Shown one piece after another: positions 1 through 9,756 of a DNA stretch of 32,000 nt. A program made the position numbers and the translations under genes. The notes beneath the pieces are model-generated. The model saw nothing but the letters and a program-made list of their open reading frames with translations. It had not been told where the DNA came from and did not search any database. Where the stretch lies: the NCBI GenBank assembly GCA_049606355.1, contig JBMYVL010000003.1, positions 180,001 through 212,000 of the forward strand, written 5' to 3'. The DNA is from Opitutales bacterium. Its GTDB lineage: Bacteria; Verrucomicrobiota; Verrucomicrobiia; Opitutales; Coraliomargaritaceae. Positions within the stretch are counted from its first letter, which is position 1. Each line of letters opens with the position of its first letter.

Positions 1-328
1 TTTTCCGGCACGTGAAATCATTGTCTCGACGCTCGGCATCACTTACTCGCTCGGCGGCGATGTGGACGAAAGCTCGGATGACTTACGCACCACGCTAACA
101 AACGCACACTGGGAGGACGGCCCGCGCGCCGGAACCCCGGTGTTCAATCTTCCCGTGGCACTATCCATTATGGTCTTTTTTGCGTTGTGCATGCAATGCG
201 GTGCCACCCTTGCAGTGATTGCCAAGGAGCTTCATTGGGGATGGGCGATCGCCAGCTTTTGCACCCTCACAACCGTGGCATGGATCGCTGCGGTACTGGT
301 TTACCAACTCGGCATGTGGCTTGGCTAA
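1..328 (+). CDS. feoB: Ferrous iron transporter FeoB, C-terminal fragment (5' end outside window)
   Basis: The frame is open from nt 2 to the TAA at 326-328. The translation FPAREIIVSTLGITYSLGG...NLPVALSIMVFFALCMQCGATLAVIAKE...VAWIAAVLVYQLG matches the last membrane segments of FeoB permeases. Confidence 0.8.
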   Translation, partial: FPAREIIVSTLGITYSLGGDVDESSDDLRTTLTNAHWEDGPRAGTPVFNLPVALSIMVFFALCMQCGATLAVIAKELHWGWAIASFCTLTTVAWIAAVLVYQLGMWLG

Positions 329-354
329 ACGCTACCTTGGGCTAAACTTAAGGT

Positions 355-537
355 ATGCATTTAAACACGGTACATCAGTTCGCACACACACTGCCCACGA
401 TCGATGCGGTGCTCGTAGCGGTGCTGCTCGGCGCCGCCGTCGTGTGGCTGATTAACCACTTTCGCCCGAACACAAAAACTCGCAGCTGCGGCTGCCCGCA
501 GAAACATTGTGCGCGGCCTTCCGAGCGAGCGGAGTGA
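355..537 (+). CDS. Small FeoB-associated Cys-rich membrane protein (putative)
   Basis: This 60-aa ORF starts 27 nt after the feoB stop. It has one hydrophobic helix (IDAVLVAVLLGAAVVWLI) followed by a basic, Cys-rich tail (SCGCPQKHC). That layout is typical of the tiny proteins encoded after feoB. The ORF is short, so coding status is not certain. Confidence 0.5.
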   Translation: MHLNTVHQFAHTLPTIDAVLVAVLLGAAVVWLINHFRPNTKTRSCGCPQKHCARPSERAE

Positions 538-625
538 GCTGCTAGTAATTTGTAAATCGACCTTTTGAGTTCGCTCTCCGCGGCGCTGAGTTTATATTAA
601 GCATAACACTTAGCCACGGCCAGCA

Positions 626-1087
626 ATGCTCTCAAAACCTCTCACCGACTATTGCCACAAGCTCCTTAGGATTGGCGTCCAGCAGCTCGGATTACCGCTC
701 GGCATCGTCAGTCGTGTGTACAACGGTAATTATCAAATCATTGCCATCAATTCTGCGGCGGGTGTTTTGAAAGAAGGAGCGGTTTTTCCAATTGGGCAAA
801 CCTACTGCCGCGAGGTCGTCCAGACCGGACAAGTGGTAACACTGACTGAAATCGATGGGGTTCGCGGCTTAAAAAAGCATCCGCTCTACATCCGCATGCC
901 GCTCGAGGCCTACATCAGTGCGCCTATTTTTCACGACGGTGTGGTTTGGGGCACGATTAATTTCACCTCGATGCAAGTTCGCCCCCCTTTCCGCGCAACA
1001 GACATCGAGTGCGTCACCCAACTTGCCGATCACATTGCCAGCTACTTGGATCAAATGGAAGCTCCGCGCGGCTATGGAGCCGCTTAA
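626..1087 (+). CDS. Stand-alone GAF domain protein
   Basis: The 153-aa ORF carries a GAF-like pattern: GQTYCREVV...HPLY...EAYISAPIFHDGVVWGTINFTS...F...D...V..LA..I. No output domain is attached. Confidence 0.75.
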   Translation: MLSKPLTDYCHKLLRIGVQQLGLPLGIVSRVYNGNYQIIAINSAAGVLKEGAVFPIGQTYCREVVQTGQVVTLTEIDGVRGLKKHPLYIRMPLEAYISAPIFHDGVVWGTINFTSMQVRPPFRATDIECVTQLADHIASYLDQMEAPRGYGAA

Positions 1088-1111
1088 GTGATCGGTTTTG
1101 CAGCAGAGAGC

Positions 1112-2704
1112 TCAGGCCTCAGCGCCAGCAGTGCCCATTTGGATCTTATACTCCACTGAATCGACCAAGGCCTCCCATGTGGCTTCGATAATATTATCAC
1201 TGGCGCCTACGGTCCCCCAAGTTTCACCGGTTCGGGTATCTTTGCTCTCAATCTGAACTCGAATGATCGCATCCGCGCCGTGCTGACTTTCCAAAATGCG
1301 CACCTTATAGTCGACCAACTCGACTTGCATGATCTCGGGGAATACCGGGGCGATTGCCTTGCGTAAGGCATGGTCGAGCGCGCCCACCGGACCGGTCGCT
1401 TCCGCAACCGTGTGATGTATTTCACCATTAATGCGAACCTGTACAGTGGCCTCCGAGACGACGCGTTCGAGGGCTGTTTGATGGCTCACCATCACGCGGT
1501 AGCCAACCAAATCAAAATCAGGCTGCTTGCCCTTAAGGAAGCGTGCGAGCAGCAATTGAAACGAGGCATCGGCCGCCTCATACTCGTAGCCTTTATACTC
1601 AAGCTCCTTTAACTGCCCTAAAAACTCTTTTAGTTCCGGTGCCCGCGCGTCGAGCTCCACCCCAATTTCCTTGGCCTTCATCATTACACTGCTGCGTCCA
1701 GACATATCAGAGACCAGCACGCGCGTGCGATTTCCGACAAGCTCCGGTTCAATGTGTTCGTAGCTATGCTTTACCTTAGCTGCTGCATCTGCGTGGACAC
1801 CGCCTTTGTGCGCGAATGCACTGGATCCGACAAAGGGTGCCTTGCTATCCGAAGCACGGTTGGCCATCTCATCAACGAAGAGGGCCAGGTCGCGCAATTT
1901 TGATAAATTCCCGCTACAAGCCATCGTGCGGTTCATTTTCAAGGACAAATTTGGAATCAGCGTCGTGAGGTTCGCATTTCCATTGCGCTCACCAACACCA
2001 TTCATGGTGCCCTGGATGAGTGATGCCCCCGCCTCAACACCCGCCAGCGAAACCGCGACGCCGAGCCCTGAATCATTGTGACAATGCACGCCGATCGGAG
2101 TGTCCGGAAAATGTGCAACGACCTTGGCGACGATCGATTGGAGCTCAGAAACCAGCTGACCGCCATTGGTGTCGCACAGGGTTAAATTAATCGCGCCACC
2201 GCGTTGGGCCGCCTGCAAGGTCTGCAGGGCATACTCTGGGTTGTCCCGATAACCGTCGAAGAAGTGCTCGGCATCATAGATCACTTGACGCCCGCTATCG
2301 GTGAGGAAACGAACTGAATCCTCAATCATCCGCAGATTTTCTTCAGCGGTCGTACGCAGGATCTCAGTCACGTGCAGCAACCATGTTTTACCAAAGATAG
2401 TGACCACAGGCGTGTTGGCATCCAGCAGTAATTGCAGTTGCGGATCCTCAGCCGCAGCTACCTTGGCGCGACAAGTCGACCCGAAGGCAGCGATTTTGGC
2501 GTGCTGTAAGTTCAACTTGGCTGCCGCTTCAAAAAAGGCCATATCGCGAGGATTCGAGCCCGGCCAGCCGCCCTCAATGTAATCGACTCCGAATTGATCG
2601 AGTTTTTCAGCCACGCGTAGTTTCGCGGCGACAGTAAACGAAACACCCTCCCCCTGTGTGCCATCACGCAGGGTGGTATCATATATTTGGATCGTTGAAC
2701 TCAT
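1112..2704 (-). CDS. cimA: (R)-citramalate synthase (LeuA/CimA family, long form with C-terminal regulatory domain)
   Basis: The 530-aa product starts IQIYDTTLRDGTQGEGVSFTVAAKLRVAEKLDQFGVDYIEGGWPGSNPRDMAFFE and contains HCHND and a LeuA-dimerisation-like C terminus. This is the CimA-type signature rather than classical LeuA. Confidence 0.8.
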   Translation of the reverse strand: MSSTIQIYDTTLRDGTQGEGVSFTVAAKLRVAEKLDQFGVDYIEGGWPGSNPRDMAFFEAAAKLNLQHAKIAAFGSTCRAKVAAAEDPQLQLLLDANTPVVTIFGKTWLLHVTEILRTTAEENLRMIEDSVRFLTDSGRQVIYDAEHFFDGYRDNPEYALQTLQAAQRGGAINLTLCDTNGGQLVSELQSIVAKVVAHFPDTPIGVHCHNDSGLGVAVSLAGVEAGASLIQGTMNGVGERNGNANLTTLIPNLSLKMNRTMACSGNLSKLRDLALFVDEMANRASDSKAPFVGSSAFAHKGGVHADAAAKVKHSYEHIEPELVGNRTRVLVSDMSGRSSVMMKAKEIGVELDARAPELKEFLGQLKELEYKGYEYEAADASFQLLLARFLKGKQPDFDLVGYRVMVSHQTALERVVSEATVQVRINGEIHHTVAEATGPVGALDHALRKAIAPVFPEIMQVELVDYKVRILESQHGADAIIRVQIESKDTRTGETWGTVGASDNIIEATWEALVDSVEYKIQMGTAGAEA

Positions 2705-2773
2705 GAGTCAGAAGCTTTGGAAAGCGAGCAAGACAACGCTTTGCTCGCCGTGGCGCAAACCAAAAGAATCCAC

Positions 2774-4204
2774 TCATCCGGCGTGCAAGCGCTTCAGATG
2801 GCGCCCGAAGGCATGCATGACCGCCAGGTGTACACGCGCCTGTGTCGTGGCATAGATCCACCACGGCAAGCGTGGCGCATAGCCATGAATCGAAGCAATC
2901 AGACAGGCATTCTCCGGGAATAATCTAAATTCCAACCGACCCGGCGGATCGACCCGGCGCGACAAGGCACCACCGGTCACATAAAAAGCGCAACGCCGCT
3001 TATTGTTCAAGGTGTAGGGGGTTGGCGTGAGCTCCAAGAGCTTCCAGCGCTGAAATCCAATGAAAGTAATCACGCCTGCAGTGCTTTGTTCGACGCTCAG
3101 CAGGCCACGGAAGGTCTTGGTCAACCAACTGGCGTATTCGGCAGCCACGCCACGTGCATCCAACTCAGTAACGAGCGGCATGCGTTGCACGGAACGTACG
3201 CGACGCAATTTGCGAATCTGCCGAGTGTCACTCGATTGCGTCTCGCTGCGCGGATTGGCCTTGGGGATGCCCTCTGGGCTGACGGAGCGACGAATCGATG
3301 CCTCAAACCCAATCAGTGAATCCTGGAGTCGATCCAGCAATGGATTCGGGCGCGCTTGCAAATCATGACGCAAACTCTCCTGCAAGGGCCCAACCAGCGC
3401 CGCAGGTACCCCTCCAAAAAGCGCCACCCAGTGTTTGGAGAGTCGGAACCAGTTCCAGGGGAAGTTGACGATGCGTACCGGACGCTCCAGTACTCTAGCC
3501 GTACGCAGGATCAGCTGACGGTAGGTCATCGGCTGATGCCCACCCAGATCGTAAATCCCACCGGCGAGCGAATCATCCTGCAAACAACAGGCAAAGGCCT
3601 CGCAGACATTTTGAATGTCAATGGATTGCGTCATCGAATGCGCCCACTTGGGGAAAAACATAATCGGCAAACGCCGTACCAGATTGATTAACATCGTAAA
3701 TGACGAACCGCCCGGGCCACAGATCAATCCCGCGCGCAGCACGGTTACCTTCACCTTGCGACTGCGCAGGACTTCTTCGACTTCGCGCCGACTGCGCAAA
3801 TGCGGGGATAGGTCCTCCTTCGTTTCCGGTAAAAGCCCACTTAGATAGATGACGTGTTTTACCCCCGCAGCTTCCGCCGCACGGATGAAATTATCGGCGA
3901 GCAGCAGATCCGTATCCTCAAAACTGGCTTGAATCAGACGACTGGACGGTGCCATCGAGTGCACCAGATAGATCCCGAAATCACAACCCTGCATCGCTTC
4001 GGTCAACTTTGGTAGCGAGTACAAATCACACAGGCGCCACTCGGTACCCGCTCCGCAGGACTGCGCCTCGATCACACTGGTGCTGCGGGTCAGCGCACGG
4101 AAATCAAACTGATCGGAAAGGTGCTGGCGCAGATGCGTCCCGACAAAACCACTGGCACCCGCCACTGCGATACGAGCGCGATGCGCTGGAGTCGACATGA
4201 TCAT
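2774..4204 (-). CDS. NAD(P)-binding Rossmann (atypical SDR) protein with DUF2867-like C-terminal half (YbjT-like)
   Basis: The 476-aa product has an N-terminal Rossmann motif, IAVAGASGFVGTHL. The mid-region VIYLSGL...LRSRREVEEVL...VTVLRAGLICGPG is typical of NmrA/SDR_a families. The long C-terminal extension resembles the YbjT architecture. The gene is co-oriented with cimA, 69 nt upstream of it. Confidence 0.65.
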   Translation of the reverse strand: MIMSTPAHRARIAVAGASGFVGTHLRQHLSDQFDFRALTRSTSVIEAQSCGAGTEWRLCDLYSLPKLTEAMQGCDFGIYLVHSMAPSSRLIQASFEDTDLLLADNFIRAAEAAGVKHVIYLSGLLPETKEDLSPHLRSRREVEEVLRSRKVKVTVLRAGLICGPGGSSFTMLINLVRRLPIMFFPKWAHSMTQSIDIQNVCEAFACCLQDDSLAGGIYDLGGHQPMTYRQLILRTARVLERPVRIVNFPWNWFRLSKHWVALFGGVPAALVGPLQESLRHDLQARPNPLLDRLQDSLIGFEASIRRSVSPEGIPKANPRSETQSSDTRQIRKLRRVRSVQRMPLVTELDARGVAAEYASWLTKTFRGLLSVEQSTAGVITFIGFQRWKLLELTPTPYTLNNKRRCAFYVTGGALSRRVDPPGRLEFRLFPENACLIASIHGYAPRLPWWIYATTQARVHLAVMHAFGRHLKRLHAG

Positions 4205-4527
4205 AGCGTGACCCTGCCCGTAGATGAGGCAGAGCTCAAGCGCGGACTACTCCTTGAATTCGTGTGCAAATAAGCCAGATGTACTCGGAATTTGGGCCGT
4301 AGCGGAACCCCAAGCAATCGCCTGCCCCCTCATTGGAGCGAAACGACCGCGAAACGGCCGCTGCCAAGTATGAAATCAAAGTCAAAATACTCTAGTTTCC
4401 GGTCTTGCAGAATTCGTCACGAGCCCTAATCTCCGCCTCTTTTTTGGGGAGCTGTAGGCTCAATACAGAATTCCAAATCCCTCCACACGAAGCAGAAACC
4501 AACTCTTTTAATAACAACCATACCACC

Positions 4528-6633
<2,106 letters not shown>

Positions 6634-6683
6634 GCGCCGCGCTCACTTCGACCACTGCAAACTGCCAGGAGTTGATCCCTTTC

Positions 6684-6714
6684 AAAGCCCCGCTCAAACG
6701 AGCGGGGCTTTTTT
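6684..6714 (+). terminator. Rho-independent terminator after fusA
   Basis: The stem aaagccccgct (6684-6694) pairs with agcggggcttt (6701-6711) around a 6-nt loop. A T-run follows, ending at 6714. Confidence 0.7.
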
Positions 6715-6768
6715 ACGCACTAAAAAGAGACTCGCCGAGCCGCCTCAATCACGCCAATCCCTTAACTC

Positions 6769-7620
6769 ATGCTTAACGCAATCGTTACCCACCCCGGCGG
6801 CGCCCATAAAGACGATTTCCTCGCCTGCTGCGTCCTTCTCACTCAGGCGGATGTGGCCATCCATCGCCGCGAACCCAGCCTCACTGATCTCGACGATGCC
6901 GCGATCGCGGTGGTCGATATTGGCCACCAACACAGCCCGGCATTACACAACTTCGACCACCACCAACTGCCACGGGATCAAGTGCCCACGTGCGCACTGT
7001 CGCTGGTACTACAGCATTTGGGCCTGTACGAGGATGCCCGCCAATTTTGCGACTGGCTGGAAACCTCCGAATGGCTCGACTGTCGTGGCCCGATGGATAC
7101 CGCAGCATGGCTGGGTGCCGAGCGCGAGATTTTGGCAAAGCTGAACTCACCCATCGATGTCACCCTACTGCGTCGCTTTGCGAATCAATCGACCCATCGC
7201 CCTGGAGAGCCGATTTGGGAGGTGATGCGTATGATTGGCGAGGATTTGGTCGCGTACATCAGCGGCCTGCGAGCACGTATGGACTTTATCGCCGAGCATG
7301 CCGAGCTCTGGGAGCTTGGGGGGCAACAGGCACTGTTTCTGCCGCGTACGGATCCGCTCCCCGAAGAACCGTCGGCAGGGCTGGGCCGCTACATCCAACA
7401 AAAGGAACTCTCCGATTCAGTGCTGGCCATCGTCTACCCCGATCGACGTGGCTCAGGCTACGGCTTACGCCGCTTCAACGATACCGCAGAGCTGGACTTC
7501 ACACAGCTTCAGGAGGAAGCCGATGTCCACTTCACACATGCACGAGGCTTCATTGCTAAAACATCGGCAACCGACAGCACTCGCCTCAAAGCGCTGCTAC
7601 ACTTGGCACTGCAGCGTTGA
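6769..7620 (+). CDS. Divergent MYG1/UPF0160-like (DHH-type) metal-dependent phosphoesterase, function unknown
   Basis: The 283-aa ORF carries the ordered motifs THPGGAHKDD, VVDIGHQH, FDHHQ and, near the C terminus, VHFTHARGFIA. These parallel the MYG1 family motifs H-x-G-x-F-H-x-D-E, D-V-G, Y-D-H-H-Q and F-V-H-x-x-G-F. Confidence 0.5.
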   Translation: MLNAIVTHPGGAHKDDFLACCVLLTQADVAIHRREPSLTDLDDAAIAVVDIGHQHSPALHNFDHHQLPRDQVPTCALSLVLQHLGLYEDARQFCDWLETSEWLDCRGPMDTAAWLGAEREILAKLNSPIDVTLLRRFANQSTHRPGEPIWEVMRMIGEDLVAYISGLRARMDFIAEHAELWELGGQQALFLPRTDPLPEEPSAGLGRYIQQKELSDSVLAIVYPDRRGSGYGLRRFNDTAELDFTQLQEEADVHFTHARGFIAKTSATDSTRLKALLHLALQR

Positions 7621-7627
7621 TCCGCGC

Positions 7628-7655
7628 AAAAAAAAGGGGCTCACGAATGAGCCCC
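7628..7655 (-). terminator. Rho-independent terminator of the RRM gene (minus strand)
   Basis: The stem ggggctca (7636-7643) pairs with tgagcccc (7648-7655). The A8 run at 7628-7635 becomes a U-run after the hairpin on the minus-strand transcript. Confidence 0.7.
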
Positions 7656-7680
7656 AAGTCAATTGATTTGGCTGCGTGGC

Positions 7681-8085
7681 TTAGTACTCGCCGCCACCGA
7701 AGTCACGGCCGCCACCACGACGATCACCACGACCTCCGCGGCCACCACCGAAGCCACGACCACCGCCACCACGACGATCGCCGCCGAAGCCGCGACCACC
7801 ACCGCCGCCGTAGCCACCGCCGCCGCCACTGCGCTCTTCGCGTGGGCGTGCTTCGTTAATCACCAGTGGACGACCCAGAAACTCTTCTCCATTGAGCGCT
7901 TCGATCGCAGTATCCATGGCCTCTTTCGTTTCCATCGTCACGAAAGCGAAGCCACGCGGACGGCCCGACTCACGATCCTTTACGATGAAAACATCTTCAA
8001 CTCCTCCGTGTGCTTCAAACAAGCCCTTGATATCCTCAAAAGAGGCATCGAAGGAGAGATTACCTACATACATTTTTGTATTCAT
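7681..8085 (-). CDS. RRM (RNP-1/RNP-2) RNA-binding protein with Gly/Arg-rich RGG C-terminal tail
   Basis: The RNP-2 motif MYVGNL and the RNP-1 motif RGFAFVTM are both present. The C-terminal 49 aa (nt 7684-7830) read [49 protein letters not shown]. The start could instead be the second ATG at 8073. Confidence 0.9.
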   Translation of the reverse strand: MNTKMYVGNLSFDASFEDIKGLFEAHGGVEDVFIVKDRESGRPRGFAFVTMETKEAMDTAIEALNGEEFLGRPLVINEARPREERSGGGGGYGGGGGRGFGGDRRGGGGRGFGGGRGGRGDRRGGGRDFGGGEY

Positions 8086-8372
8086 TCTATTTCGTTAACT
8101 CTGTCCGTTTGACTCTGCTTCGAAGCCCTGAGTGTTCTGAGTTGAACTCGATCTTTCACTGAATACAAAAATGACTCAATACGACCACCTACTCACGCTC
8201 TGAAAATGAACAGTGCATTGGACGGTGCTGTGTATGGCAGGGCGTTTTGAAAAAGCAAGCGGCGTTTCGGGCGACTATGATCTATAGCAAATTGCTTACA
8301 CCTGCGCTCCTCTGTCGATTCCTCAGCACTCCAGATCACACTGCAGGAGCTCCATTCCTCGGATGGAAGCAA

Positions 8373-8449
<77 letters not shown>

Positions 8450-8538
8450 TCATTGAGGAAGCGAGGACTAAAGAAATGCTGCCCATCCAGGGCAAGAAAA
8501 AATTTGAAGTCGTTTGAATCTTACCAACAGTGACTTGC

Positions 8539-9348
8539 ATGCAAATCACACGGATTGTTGATAAATCGGGTCAGATCCACACCGCGGTTGAATCTGGCAA
8601 CGACGTGTATCGCATCGAGGGTGACTTGTTCGGCGCTTTCAAGGTGACCGATGACAAACTCCACCCCGTGCAGCGCTTAGCTCCGCTCGAGCCGCCTGCC
8701 ATTTTCTGCATTGGCCTCAACTACAAGGCACACGCCGATGAAATGGGGCTCGCTCGCCCCGAGCATCCCGTTGTTTTCATGAAGAATCCGGCCGCAATCC
8801 AACACCCGGATGGGCCCATCGTCCTTCCGCGCCACCTGCACAGCGATCAAGTCGACTACGAGGCTGAACTCGCGGTGGTCATTGGTAAGCGCTGCAAGAA
8901 TGTCGCCGCCGAAGACGCATTGGATTTCGTACTGGGGTATACCTGCAGCAACGATGTCAGCGCACGAGATTGGCAACCGCTCGAGAGTGGCGGGCAATGG
9001 GTGAAATGTAAGAGCTTTGACAGCTTTTGTCCACTCGGCCCGGTATTGGTCACGGCGGACGCCATTCCGAACCCGCAAATACTACCGATTCGCGGGCTAT
9101 TAAATGGCGCCATTCGCCAAGAATCGTGGACCGGCGACATGCTGTTCTCAGTCGCCGAGATTATCGCCTTTCTCAGCGGCAGCACGACCCTCCTACCCGG
9201 CACCGTGATCCTCACCGGAACGCCGCCCGGCATCGGAATGGCACAGCAACCGCCACGCTACCTGAAGCCGGGTGATACCGTTAGCGTCGAAATTACTGGG
9301 ATCGGCAGCTTGCGCAATACCGTGACGGCAGAGAGACTGAACCCCTGA
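8539..9348 (+). CDS. Fumarylacetoacetate hydrolase (FAH) family protein
   Basis: The translation contains [16 protein letters not shown]...[13 protein letters not shown]...[14 protein letters not shown]...[11 protein letters not shown]...[10 protein letters not shown], which are typical FAH-fold metal and substrate motifs. I prefer the ATG at 8539 (MQITRI) over the GTG at 8530. Confidence 0.85.
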   Translation: MQITRIVDKSGQIHTAVESGNDVYRIEGDLFGAFKVTDDKLHPVQRLAPLEPPAIFCIGLNYKAHADEMGLARPEHPVVFMKNPAAIQHPDGPIVLPRHLHSDQVDYEAELAVVIGKRCKNVAAEDALDFVLGYTCSNDVSARDWQPLESGGQWVKCKSFDSFCPLGPVLVTADAIPNPQILPIRGLLNGAIRQESWTGDMLFSVAEIIAFLSGSTTLLPGTVILTGTPPGIGMAQQPPRYLKPGDTVSVEITGIGSLRNTVTAERLNP

Positions 9349-9691
9349 ATGCTGCCAAGCTCCATCCCTCCCGCTCCCAGCGAGGCGCATCATTTTGATC
9401 TCGGAAGGCAACGCGCACCTCTGAAACGAGGCGATCTGTAGTGCATAAAGATCACTACCCTTACAGGCGCTCAGGCCCTGCCAGAATCGACCCCAGTCCA
9501 GGCTGGAACCACCTTTCACCCTCGCGTATGAACAAAGAGTGATTCAGCCTGTATCCTTGCGTCGAGACGCAAGCAAACAGGTGCAGCCAGCGTATCGGTG
9601 CCACTCCAATCAGCAGAGCCACCGGCAGCGAGCGAGCCTAGCATCCACAACAGCCAGTGGTAGCGCTATTTAACAGTCACTGTTTAGGAGC

Positions 9692-9730
9692 AAAAAAAAT
9701 GGCCTATTTGCATTCCGCAAATAGGCCATT
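9692..9730 (-). terminator. Rho-independent terminator of the secreted repeat-protein gene
   Basis: A 13-bp stem forms between atggcctatttgc (9699-9711) and gcaaataggccat (9717-9729) around a 5-nt loop. The A-run at 9692-9698 gives a U-run after the hairpin on the minus strand. Confidence 0.75.
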
Positions 9731-9756
9731 TGATCGGTTAATCCGTTAACGGATCA

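Noticed and set aside
4405-4527. 41-codon N-terminal extension of EF-G from a TTG start.
   Set aside because: The extension has no EF-G counterpart. The ATG at 4528 gives the family-typical N terminus immediately before the G1 motif.
7617-8112. Plus-strand ORFs encoding His/Asp/Arg-rich (7617-7859) and Thr/Ala-rich (7663-8112) peptides.
   Set aside because: They are reverse-strand readings of the GGN/CGN repeats of the RGG tail. The minus-strand RRM gene has canonical RNP motifs and a terminator.
9193-9519. 108-aa minus-strand ORF spanning the FAH gene 3' end and the downstream noncoding region.
   Set aside because: Half of it is antisense to a well-supported gene. It has no motifs and a composition typical of an out-of-frame GC-rich read-through.
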